Below are positions 56,158 to 64,000 of a DNA stretch of 64,000 nt, piece by piece (the stretch's first letter is position 1; each line of letters begins with the position of its first letter). Source of the stretch: Escherichia phage EC150. The notes beneath the pieces are model-generated. The model was not told the DNA's origin. It saw nothing but the letters and a program-made list of their open reading frames with translations, and searched no databases. The stretch lies in the sequence record ON210137.1. One strand, given 5' to 3'. The position numbers and the translations under genes are program-made.

Positions 56158-57342
56158 TTAACGCGCTTTCAAATCACGGTACACGGTCAGATTCTTTTTA
56201 GCGCGGGTAATAGCGGTGTACATCATCTTTGCATACGGAACGCCGCGCAGGATTTCTTCCAACACGCACACATTGTCCCACTCGCTGCCTTGCGATTTGT
56301 GCACCGTTATGACATAGCCATAGTCCATGCCTCCAACGGCTCGTTGGGCCTCTTTGCGCACTTCCTGATCAGTAGAGAAGGAAAGAGGATTTATCTTCAC
56401 CTTTATATCTTTGCCATCGGTAAGCGAGCGCAAGTTGACATACATGATTTCATTAGACTCGTCTTCATCCCTTTCAAAGTCCGGCACTGGCTCATAACTA
56501 ATAACAATCCCTTGCTCGCCATTACAGAATCCTGGACCGTGTTGGTTGAATGTGCAAATAACTTTCTCTCCGATTCCTGGCATCGGCGTTATACGTCCGC
56601 TCACTTGCCGCAATAATGAATTCCATTTATCTTTGGTGCTATTATATGAGCAAATAATTTGATCATCTTCGCCCATGAATTTCTTCAACGCAGTAACGCG
56701 CGGCGATTCAGCCAACACCTTGACATCATCGTATTCACGCGGAGGAAGTCGGTTGCCCTGTCGCACGAAGAAGGAAGCGCGGATGATGTTGGACTCTTTC
56801 CCTTGCCGCATGATTTCGGTTAACAGTACGTCAACGGCATCTTCAGTAAAGTAGGCGGCGGCTTTTACCGGAGGGACTTGTCCAATGTCGCCTAATGCCA
56901 GAACAGGGATGCGGTGATCAAGAAGGCGCTCTGCGTCCCACTCGCCAACCATTGAAGCTTCATCAAGGACGACAAGATGCGGCCTTTCATCAAGCGTTGA
57001 CTTCCTTGCAAAGATTGGTTCATTGTCATCGTTAACGCCGCGCACGTTATAGATGAACTGGTGAAGGGTCTTAGCGCCACGACACCCTTTCTGCTTCAAT
57101 CGGCTGGCGGCCTTTCCGGTCGGCGCAATATAAATGGCACCGTACTCACCGACACAACGGCGCACAATCTCACGCGCAATAGAGGTTTTACCTGTTCCTG
57201 CATAGCCAGCGATGAAAAACACGCGCTTCGTTGTTTTGCCGTCCTGCAATCGCTTGTACCATGCAACGGCCTTTTCGATGGCGTCAATCTGTTGCGCGTT
57301 AAACTGAATCACTGGCTCATCATTAAATTCTGGAATGTTCAT
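56158..57342 (-). CDS. Dda/RecD/Pif1-like superfamily 1 DNA helicase
   Basis: Walker A AGYAGTGKTS, Walker B VVLDEASM, C-terminal YVITVHKSQGSEW motif. Confidence 0.75.
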   Translation of the reverse strand: MNIPEFNDEPVIQFNAQQIDAIEKAVAWYKRLQDGKTTKRVFFIAGYAGTGKTSIAREIVRRCVGEYGAIYIAPTGKAASRLKQKGCRGAKTLHQFIYNVRGVNDDNEPIFARKSTLDERPHLVVLDEASMVGEWDAERLLDHRIPVLALGDIGQVPPVKAAAYFTEDAVDVLLTEIMRQGKESNIIRASFFVRQGNRLPPREYDDVKVLAESPRVTALKKFMGEDDQIICSYNSTKDKWNSLLRQVSGRITPMPGIGEKVICTFNQHGPGFCNGEQGIVISYEPVPDFERDEDESNEIMYVNLRSLTDGKDIKVKINPLSFSTDQEVRKEAQRAVGGMDYGYVITVHKSQGSEWDNVCVLEEILRGVPYAKMMYTAITRAKKNLTVYRDLKAR

Positions 57343-57668
57343 TATAACTCCACTACGCTTTCAAGGTCCAGATATACTGGAATAAAATGGCAATCTTCTT
57401 TTCGTTCAAACATCTCACCGTCAACATGACTGAAGAAAACAGTTGTGTTTGGTATCTTCCACCCTTGCTCGCCGCGCACTAGGTATGCCATGGATTCAAC
57501 AGGGATGTAAAGCGATACCGGATTTGCGGCAAAGATGAATTTGATTCTGTCTGGTTGACCAAGGAATCGCATAATTGTAAGACTTGAATTCAGTCTTGTA
57601 TTAAGGAAGGACTCAACGATGCCGACGTGTGTTGCACGTTCGCGTTGCTTCGTATCTTTTTCGTTCAT
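57342..57668 (-). CDS. hypothetical protein (108 aa)
   Basis: ORF track; 1-nt overlap with helicase start. Confidence 0.45.
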   Translation of the reverse strand: MNEKDTKQRERATHVGIVESFLNTRLNSSLTIMRFLGQPDRIKFIFAANPVSLYIPVESMAYLVRGEQGWKIPNTTVFFSHVDGEMFERKEDCHFIPVYLDLESVVEL

Positions 57669-57771
57669 TTCAGGCGACCTTTGTTAGTGCGGAAATATTT
57701 TCTGATAGTATAATTGCAGATATAGTATAAAGCAAAGTAAATCGAAATTGTGAACTAAATGGTAAATATTG

Positions 57772-57799
57772 TTGACTTTGTATCACTCAATATTATACT
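57772..57799 (+). promoter_or_regulatory. putative sigma70 promoter TTGACT-16-TATACT
   Basis: Hexamers read directly about 30 nt upstream of the GGAAAGAAAG Shine-Dalgarno of CDS 57829. Confidence 0.5.
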
Positions 57800-57828
57800 G
57801 CAGGTATTGATCACCGAAGGAAAGAAAG

Positions 57829-58911
57829 ATGGCTAGTTTAAGAGAAGAAGCAAAAATAATCGAAGAGTTTTTGACAGAACTCCAAAGAGGCATTCCAGAA
57901 GATGAACGCGTCATGACCGTGTTTGCGCCTGAAGCAACGGTGCAGACCGACGAGCGCGGCAAAAAGATTAACAGCAGCTTCTGGCCTAAGCCTTGGAAGC
58001 TTGGCAAGCCGCTGATGCAACATCAGAACGGTTACGCCTGCATAAGTTCAATGCGTAAGTCTCCCAACCCAAAGACAGGCGAGATGCGATACTGGCGCAC
58101 GGAATCGGCTTTCGGTCATGGCATGGCGATGATGGTCGACGACATCGGTCACGGTAAAGGGTCCAAAGGCGATTTAGATTTAGAGTTCTTTTTCGAGCGT
58201 CTGAAGCCAACCGTCATTGTTGAGACTTCACCGAACAACCACCAGCTGTGGTATTTCTTTAAAGACCCGATTGACCATCTTATCCAGTTCAAAGCATTCC
58301 TTGGGTCTTTCGTAAACATGGTACTCAAGAAGGGCGGCGACAACACGATTAAAGACGTGACGCGCGTGGGCCGTGTTCCTGGTTGCATCAACAACAAGCG
58401 TGTGACTCACGACGGCCCTTACAAATATGTCGATGAGAACGGCGACCCGTTCCGCTGCCGACTTGTCCATGCAGACTATTCTTTGCGATACACAATCGAA
58501 GAGATTTGCCAAGCCTTCGGTTTCCACGTCGTTATGCCGCAAAAGCGTGAAATTCAAATTGACGTTGACGAATACAAATATGATGCTGTTTGGTATAAAA
58601 TAGCCCAGCAAATCCTTTCGCGCAATAAGATGGGTGAAGGGTCCGATGGCGATGTTGTTGAAAACATGTCAGGTAAATGCCGCATCATCTGCCCTTGGGG
58701 TGAAGAGCACACCAACGGCGACCCATATGGCGCTTACTTTCGCGGCCCAATCCCTGGCGCTGAACATGAATTCGTTTTCGGTTGCGCTCACGACTGTCAC
58801 CGGAAAGGTGAAGGTAAGAAAGGCTGGACAGCTTTTGTTGAAGCAGTAGTCATGCCTTATATTGAGAATCAACTTGATATGATAAATCGTCGCGCAGGTG
58901 GCATAAAATAG
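57829..58911 (+). CDS. archaeo-eukaryotic primase (AEP)-type primase-polymerase with C-terminal Cys/His zinc-binding region (putative)
   Basis: AEP-like motifs: DxD-type MAMMVDDIGHG, His motif NNHQLWYFF, RVGRVPGCINNK; C-terminal CPWGEEH...CAHDCH. Confidence 0.5.
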   Translation: MASLREEAKIIEEFLTELQRGIPEDERVMTVFAPEATVQTDERGKKINSSFWPKPWKLGKPLMQHQNGYACISSMRKSPNPKTGEMRYWRTESAFGHGMAMMVDDIGHGKGSKGDLDLEFFFERLKPTVIVETSPNNHQLWYFFKDPIDHLIQFKAFLGSFVNMVLKKGGDNTIKDVTRVGRVPGCINNKRVTHDGPYKYVDENGDPFRCRLVHADYSLRYTIEEICQAFGFHVVMPQKREIQIDVDEYKYDAVWYKIAQQILSRNKMGEGSDGDVVENMSGKCRIICPWGEEHTNGDPYGAYFRGPIPGAEHEFVFGCAHDCHRKGEGKKGWTAFVEAVVMPYIENQLDMINRRAGGIK

Positions 58912-58912
58912 T

Positions 58913-58940
58913 TTGCTTTTATTTTTCTAGCAACTATAAT
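58913..58940 (+). promoter_or_regulatory. putative sigma70 promoter TTGCTT-16-TATAAT
   Basis: Hexamers read directly; followed by AGAGGTGA Shine-Dalgarno and ATG 58970. Confidence 0.5.
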
Positions 58941-58969
58941 CATTTTATGAACTGAAGCAGAGGTGATTT

Positions 58970-59116
58970 ATGAAAAGCGAAGAATTGAATATCGAGCTTG
59001 AAGGTCTGTTAAAGTCGTTAGAACCTAAGCCCGTAGAGCTTCCCACCCTTGAAGGTGTCATGGCTCACCACCAATCGGCTGCGGCCAAACACTACTATGA
59101 ATTTATTAAGGAATAA
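58970..59116 (+). CDS. hypothetical small protein (48 aa)
   Basis: Below track size cutoff; strong Shine-Dalgarno and promoter upstream; stop abuts next gene. Confidence 0.35.
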   Translation: MKSEELNIELEGLLKSLEPKPVELPTLEGVMAHHQSAAAKHYYEFIKE

Positions 59117-59118
59117 AA

Positions 59119-59409
59119 ATGAACGAACCAAAAATGATGACTGTTGAAGAAGCGCAAAAGCTTCGTGTTGAAAACGAGCTTAAGCTTGTCAACCAGATTC
59201 TTCCCTTGTTTGCAGGCTACGCAGTTGAGGAAGTTGTTGGTGCAATCCTTAACGTATCCACGCACGTAGCGATGAATCTTCAGGCCGAGCGATTCAACAC
59301 GCTGCTGACTATTAAAAATCTTACGGTCAGTGCAACGTTCACCGTTGAGCCAGTCAATTTTGACGAAGCTTCAGCCGCGATTCAACAGCAAAGAGATCAA
59401 GAGGTGTAG
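59119..59409 (+). CDS. hypothetical protein (96 aa)
   Basis: ORF track. Confidence 0.5.
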   Translation: MNEPKMMTVEEAQKLRVENELKLVNQILPLFAGYAVEEVVGAILNVSTHVAMNLQAERFNTLLTIKNLTVSATFTVEPVNFDEASAAIQQQRDQEV

Positions 59410-59410
59410 C

Positions 59411-59674
59411 ATGGGCGCTTTCCGTAACGAGTTCATCTGGAACGTTACTAGCAATCTCTCGACTTGTCCTAACTGTGCGAGCGATGTGATCAAGGTGCGG
59501 CAGCATCGCAACGCAGAGGAAGGTGCCTGGGAGGACGGCGACCTTGTAGAGTGCCAGTGCTGCTCTCACGAAGGCGTGGTGGAGCTTTACGCAGGAGAAG
59601 GTTGTCCACCAGCAGAACGTTCAGCACGCGTTGAATGGGATGCGACAGACTCCATCGGTGATCCTCAACAGTAA
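59411..59674 (+). CDS. small zinc-ribbon protein (CPNC ... CQCC)
   Basis: AGAGGTG Shine-Dalgarno before ATG 59411; two Cys pairs. Confidence 0.45.
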   Translation: MGAFRNEFIWNVTSNLSTCPNCASDVIKVRQHRNAEEGAWEDGDLVECQCCSHEGVVELYAGEGCPPAERSARVEWDATDSIGDPQQ

Positions 59675-59793
59675 ATTTAGGTATAGATACATATGAAAGC
59701 CGTAAAGAAATACACATTAATCATTTCCCTTGTTATCATCCTGGGGCTATTATATGTATTGGATATGGCATATTATTTGGCAGGGGTGAGTAA

Positions 59794-60084
59794 GTGAATA
59801 TTGTAATTCTTTATGGTGAGAATATCAGCGATGACGACATCGAAGTTGCCGTTGATGTTTACGGTATCGATGAGGTGAAACGTGTTGAAGAAATTAATGG
59901 CGCAAATCTTAACGAGATTGTCAAAGAAGCTGGTTGCCCTTCGGAAGAGATTCTGGTGGTTACTAACGATGACCTGTCTTCTATGGATTGTTTGCGTCGC
60001 ATCTTCACCGATTGCCAATACCTTCATGCTGTTCAGTCAGTAAACAAATTGAGAAAGGCATACGCTGACCAATTTCCTTGCTGA
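59794..60084 (+). CDS. hypothetical acidic protein (96 aa)
   Basis: ORF track; GTG start with AGGGGTGAG Shine-Dalgarno. Confidence 0.4.
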   Translation: MNIVILYGENISDDDIEVAVDVYGIDEVKRVEEINGANLNEIVKEAGCPSEEILVVTNDDLSSMDCLRRIFTDCQYLHAVQSVNKLRKAYADQFPC

Positions 60085-60134
60085 TAGTTCACCAGTTATA
60101 TTGCTTTAAACTGAGTTTTACTATATTAATATAC

Positions 60135-60160
60135 AACGCCAGATTTCTGGCGTTTATTTA
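60135..60160 (+). terminator. rho-independent terminator (ACGCCAG-ATTTC-TGGCGT then TTATTTA)
   Basis: Hairpin plus T-rich tract about 50 nt after stop of CDS 59794..60084. Confidence 0.6.
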
Positions 60161-60220
60161 CCGCACCCTGAAAGGATATATCCATGCAACAATATAACAA
60201 AGCCGTATCAGGAGGATTAA

Positions 60221-61891
60221 ATGTCAATTGAACATGACAATCTTCCAGAGGATACAGGTGATGAATTTGGTGCAATCTTTGACGAAATTCAAGATGCTGG
60301 TGTTTCAGAAGAAATGCAAGCGGCAGAGCAGCAAGGCACCAGAGCTAAAATCAGCCTCCAGCACAAGGCTGTTGAGAAAGATGCAGAGCGCATGGAATGC
60401 TACGGTGAAGAAGACTTGGTTGAAAGGGCACGTTTGCTCGCCTCACTTCAGGTAATCAAGTTCCCTCACTACAAACCGACGAAAGATGATTTTGTTCTTC
60501 AGGCGGACCGGACGAGTGACATGAACCGTTATGCGGTTTTCGACGCGTTGTTTGATAAGGGAAGTGGCGTTGTTCCATTCCCTCACAAAGATACTTTTCG
60601 TGGGCGCTTAGTCGACCATCGCGGCGAAACATTCACCGACCGGACGTTGGAAGTCACAGAGATAGTTGCCGCTGTCGACGCAGCAGGGCTGTCCAACCCA
60701 AACTCACGTCAGGTCGCTCAATCCTATAAGGAATGGGCCATGCGTTATCAGCGCGACGACCTGATGGACTTCTTCTACAAGAAGCTGCCTGAATGGGACG
60801 GTACTGCGCGCATTGAGAAATACCTTATCGAGCTATTCCGACCGTTCGATACAGAGTTAAACCGACAAATCGGTGTGTATTTTTGGCTATCGCTCTATAA
60901 CCGCCTGACCAACCCTGGCTGTCAAGCGCCAATCTCCATCGCGCTCATCGGCGGCCAGAACGCAGGGAAAAGTTATTTTAGCAAGCTGCTTTGCGAAGCT
61001 ATTATGAACGACCGCCACGCAACACCGATTCCGTTGAACTTGGCCGCGCAGAACTTCAACCCGTTCTTGCGAGCTATTACGGGTCGCTCAATTATCGCGA
61101 ACGTTGGCGAGATGACAGGCTTTAAAAAAGCTGACATCGAAAACATGAAAGCATTCCTGACTAAGACGGAAGATGACCTGGACTTCAAATTTGAAGACAC
61201 GCAGGTTAAACCACGCCAGTGGATTGCTATCATGGACGGCAACGAATACGCAGGTATGCAGCGTGACGACACGGGCAACCGTCGTGTGTACCCTATATTT
61301 GTTGGCCAACTCGCTGACAAGGACGGGCAACCGAACTGGTCCAAAGACTTCCAAGCTGACCTTTCCACTTTGAAAGAAGACGTTTGGCAGCTGATGGCTG
61401 AGTGCGCCGCATGGATGGAGAAGCACGGCGAAGCAGGTTACAATGCCTTTGTTGGTGAAACATCTCGCATGCTTACTGAGTTCAGCAAGAACGAAATGGA
61501 ACGTGCTCGCGGCGTTATCCGTGATGAGATGGTCGACAACGACCTTGTTGAAGTAGTCATTACCGCGCCTTATGACCGACATCACAGCGGACGCTGGCAC
61601 ATCACCAGTGGTGCAATTGCTATGGGATTCAGAGCTAAGTGCGGCAAGTCGCCTTTCTCACGTACCCTTGCGCCGCACATGTCGAAGCTTGGATTTGAGC
61701 CTGCGACCTATCGCAACCAGCGTGGTTACTTTACGCCGCTGATTAAGAATGAAGCAGGGGAATACATTTCTGACTTGATGACTATCTTAGCGTATCTTAT
61801 CCGCGACGAGTCTGACCCTGAAGATATTGAATTCTTGAAGAAGGTTATTGAGCGCAAACGTTCTTTAGGAAGAGATAAGGATGAATTCTGA
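60221..61891 (+). CDS. VirE-family / primase-associated P-loop NTPase (putative replicative helicase)
   Basis: Walker A IGGQNAGKSYFSKLL; Walker B-like WIAIMDGNEY; AGGAGG Shine-Dalgarno; adjacent to AEP primase. Confidence 0.55.
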   Translation: MSIEHDNLPEDTGDEFGAIFDEIQDAGVSEEMQAAEQQGTRAKISLQHKAVEKDAERMECYGEEDLVERARLLASLQVIKFPHYKPTKDDFVLQADRTSDMNRYAVFDALFDKGSGVVPFPHKDTFRGRLVDHRGETFTDRTLEVTEIVAAVDAAGLSNPNSRQVAQSYKEWAMRYQRDDLMDFFYKKLPEWDGTARIEKYLIELFRPFDTELNRQIGVYFWLSLYNRLTNPGCQAPISIALIGGQNAGKSYFSKLLCEAIMNDRHATPIPLNLAAQNFNPFLRAITGRSIIANVGEMTGFKKADIENMKAFLTKTEDDLDFKFEDTQVKPRQWIAIMDGNEYAGMQRDDTGNRRVYPIFVGQLADKDGQPNWSKDFQADLSTLKEDVWQLMAECAAWMEKHGEAGYNAFVGETSRMLTEFSKNEMERARGVIRDEMVDNDLVEVVITAPYDRHHSGRWHITSGAIAMGFRAKCGKSPFSRTLAPHMSKLGFEPATYRNQRGYFTPLIKNEAGEYISDLMTILAYLIRDESDPEDIEFLKKVIERKRSLGRDKDEF

Positions 61892-62538
61892 TGAATAAAG
61901 CAATCAACATCGCTAAATTCTTTCAACATCTCGGTGAACTGAACAAAGAGAGTGACGTTCACGGAGAAGAAATGAACCGGATGATTTCAACCGTGTTGCG
62001 TGGTTTTGGCTACGATAAGGACTCCATCACCTGCAAGCGCACGAAGCTTGTCGATGAGACATACCTTTACTACGTTGAATTGCGCGTAGGGAAAGATTTG
62101 ATGATCATCGACCCTAAATTGGAAGGGGCGCACTGTTTTGGCGCTCACCCTCGTGCAAGTGAATTCAAGGGGCGCGGTCGCAACCGACTCCAGAAGCTTG
62201 ATGATGCAGGCGACCTGAACATCTCGATGTTCCTCAAAGAGTTCCTTGCTTTGCCGAAGGTTGCATCTTCAACAGGTCGTGATGACCTGTGCAAGATTGG
62301 ATTCAGAACTAAAGATTTGCGCAATGCGCTACGCAAGAAGGGATTTGTGCCTTCTTATGATAACGTCGCCGCGCTGATGGCTTCCATGGAGGAAGCTGAA
62401 GCAATGGACAAGGTGCGCGGCTATTTCCTGAATACAGGCTACACAATGTATGAGTGGCACACCAAAGGATTGACGGTCGCCGACTTCATCTATTCATTAG
62501 AGCAGAAGTATGTACGCAATATGCAGGCCACAGGATAA
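61891..62538 (+). CDS. hypothetical protein (215 aa)
   Basis: ORF track; ATGA overlap with upstream gene. Confidence 0.5.
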   Translation: MNKAINIAKFFQHLGELNKESDVHGEEMNRMISTVLRGFGYDKDSITCKRTKLVDETYLYYVELRVGKDLMIIDPKLEGAHCFGAHPRASEFKGRGRNRLQKLDDAGDLNISMFLKEFLALPKVASSTGRDDLCKIGFRTKDLRNALRKKGFVPSYDNVAALMASMEEAEAMDKVRGYFLNTGYTMYEWHTKGLTVADFIYSLEQKYVRNMQATG

Positions 62539-62577
62539 TTATCATCAAAATATTTGCTTTTCTGACGAGGTGATATT

Positions 62578-62802
62578 ATGATTAATTTAGACAGGATTGA
62601 GTTAGCACTTAGTACCTTAATCAAATATTACCAGTTTGCTTTTAAGGCCAGTTTGTTCGGCTTGTTCAATCCTCATCAAGCAGCAAAGGCGCGAAGCAAT
62701 GCCAACCGCCTGCGTTGTACTGGTATAGTCATCCACGACCGGATATTGACAGAGGGTAGATTCAGCCATGAATACACAAGGGAGAATAACAAATCAGCGT
62801 AG
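62578..62802 (+). CDS. hypothetical protein (74 aa)
   Basis: ORF track; GAGGTGA Shine-Dalgarno. Confidence 0.4.
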   Translation: MINLDRIELALSTLIKYYQFAFKASLFGLFNPHQAAKARSNANRLRCTGIVIHDRILTEGRFSHEYTRENNKSA

Positions 62803-62977
62803 GGCTTTACAAGTCCTCATCCACTACCTGACACGCCTTTATCCAACGGCGCACGAGCAGAATCCATCAACGGGTCACCTGTTTAAGCGCCGTAACCTTT
62901 CGTTGAAAACATTCGCTTTAATCCAATACGACCGCTACCTGGACGGGCGCTACTGCGGCCCGAAGGATTCACTATGA
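62768..62977 (+). CDS. hypothetical protein (69 aa)
   Basis: ORF track; 35-nt overlap with upstream ORF makes one of the two doubtful. Confidence 0.3.
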   Translation: MNTQGRITNQRRALQVLIHYLTRLYPTAHEQNPSTGHLFKRRNLSLKTFALIQYDRYLDGRYCGPKDSL

Positions 62978-63252
62978 TTACTACATACAAAGTATTCTTT
63001 GTCAAGTGCACATCATCGATTGATGACCAGTTTACTGCTGGAAAGAATTATCCCGTGATTTCTGAGTCAAGACTAGATATAATCTTGAACGATCATGAAA
63101 TCTATGAGCCGATGCCAGCGACTGCGTTTGATGTTATCGGTCACGTTCGGATTAAGACGAATGTTGAAACGATGCATGACCCGTTGTTCAAGAAGCAGAT
63201 TAAGAATGCCATGCAAGACTTTTGCGCGGCTATGTTTAAATACTATAAGTGA
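62974..63252 (+). CDS. hypothetical protein (92 aa)
   Basis: ORF track; ATGA overlap. Confidence 0.45.
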   Translation: MITTYKVFFVKCTSSIDDQFTAGKNYPVISESRLDIILNDHEIYEPMPATAFDVIGHVRIKTNVETMHDPLFKKQIKNAMQDFCAAMFKYYK

Positions 63253-63259
63253 GTTGAAG

Positions 63260-63481
63260 ATGAGCAAGAAAACTCTTAAGGCTGGCGACCGTATCCGTTG
63301 GATGTCAGGACAGAATATGCGCGCAGGCACCATCCTTGAGCTGGATGAACACCTTACCGATTCTCGCGGTCGCAATCATTACCGTGTAAGAATCGATACA
63401 GTAAAGGAAGATGACAAGTCACTGGTTGGTGAAGTCGTCATCGTAACTCCACGTCAAATCAAGGCGGCTTGTGAAGTATGA
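63260..63481 (+). CDS. hypothetical protein (73 aa)
   Basis: In-frame ATG 63260 with GAGTTGAAG upstream; track ORF 63095 overlaps previous gene. Confidence 0.45.
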   Translation: MSKKTLKAGDRIRWMSGQNMRAGTILELDEHLTDSRGRNHYRVRIDTVKEDDKSLVGEVVIVTPRQIKAACEV

Positions 63482-63633
63482 ATAAATATCAATTTAGCGA
63501 TAATAAAATCAGTAAGGCAGATGCAATCAAGCAGCTTCGCCGCGTACTTGAAGCCAGCGGACATACGAAAGAGCGTGCACGCGTCCTGGCCAAAGAGCAT
63601 TATAAACGTTTCGTGTCACAAATCAGAGGTTGA
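63478..63633 (+). CDS. hypothetical small protein (51 aa)
   Basis: ATGA overlap with upstream stop; below track size cutoff. Confidence 0.35.
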   Translation: MNKYQFSDNKISKADAIKQLRRVLEASGHTKERARVLAKEHYKRFVSQIRG

Positions 63634-63635
63634 TT

Positions 63636-64000
63636 ATGATTATCCATCGCCCTTTAATGTTAAACAAAGAAGAAGCTAAAGAAATTTTACACGCATTGAG
63701 ACGTGCAGAAGCAGATGTCAACCTTCGTGTAAGGGTAAGAAACTTCATCATGAAGGAGTTTGAAAGTGATGATGTTGACTATGCCATTGATGAATTGCTG
63801 AAGCGCAACGTCAAGGGTGCAACAAGACCTGTGTATCATTCAAATTCTCGCTGCATTGCCTTACCTATTAAAACTTATGTTGATAAAAAGCCGCGCCTTA
63901 AGCCAATTGACATATTTGACATCAAGAACGGCGACTCAATCATAAGCAAGGACGCGGAAGAGGGTGCAATTCCTGTTAATGGCCGGGTGATTTACGTGTC
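63636..64000 (+). CDS. hypothetical protein, N-terminal fragment (runs off window)
   Basis: ATG 63636 with AGAGGTTGA upstream; frame open to window end. Confidence 0.4.
   Translation, partial: MIIHRPLMLNKEEAKEILHALRRAEADVNLRVRVRNFIMKEFESDDVDYAIDELLKRNVKGATRPVYHSNSRCIALPIKTYVDKKPRLKPIDIFDIKNGDSIISKDAEEGAIPVNGRVIYV

Noticed and set aside
62578-62977. Possible programmed frameshift joining ORFs 62578..62802 and 62768..62977
   Set aside because: No slippery heptamer or downstream structure was evident in the 35-nt overlap; more likely one ORF is mis-started or spurious.
1-64000. tRNA, rRNA, integrase or attachment-site signatures
   Set aside because: I saw no cloverleaf-like T-arm/acceptor sequences in intergenic regions and no tyrosine/serine recombinase motifs; I could not run a dedicated tRNA or homology search, so absence is provisional.

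Overview
The window reads as a near-contiguous ~64 kb stretch of a tailed dsDNA bacteriophage genome with a contractile tail (sheath, tube, tape measure, baseplate). I found no rRNA, tRNA, integrase, CRISPR array or obvious host genes. All functional calls rest on motifs read by eye, gene order and size; no homology search or computation was run, and coordinates of short elements may be off by a few bases. Layout: (1) 1-2.1 kb small early-type genes on the + strand; (2) 2.1-4.0 kb repeat-dense region with inverted GATACGG-type repeats around an AT-rich core and eight same-orientation copies of ATTTGCACTAT; (3) 3.7-11.4 kb mostly minus-strand accessory block, including three paralogous small proteins each behind its own TTTACT-16-TATAAT promoter, and a tail fibre/tailspike with a C-terminal intramolecular chaperone domain; (4) 11.5-40.1 kb + strand morphogenesis module (large terminase, portal, MuF-like protein, protease/scaffold, major capsid, sheath, two tube-like paralogs, tape measure with lytic transglycosylase domain, baseplate, His-rich tail fibre, GH19 endolysin); (5) 40.1-57.7 kb minus-strand replication and nucleotide-metabolism module (ligase, MazG-like, Rz/Rz1-like spanin pair, SSB-like protein, SNF2 helicase, VRR-NUC, DnaE, DnaQ, VOC-like, SDR, HAD-like, divergent ThyX-like, FAD-binding protein, Lys/Ala/Glu repeat protein, Dda-like helicase); (6) 57.8-64 kb + strand AEP-type primase, VirE-like NTPase and small genes. 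The best candidates for something undescribed are the three-paralog cassette at 4.4-5.6 kb, the two repeat systems at 2.1-4.0 kb and 18.1-18.4 kb, and the enzyme cluster with a variant ThyX at 50.4-55 kb.
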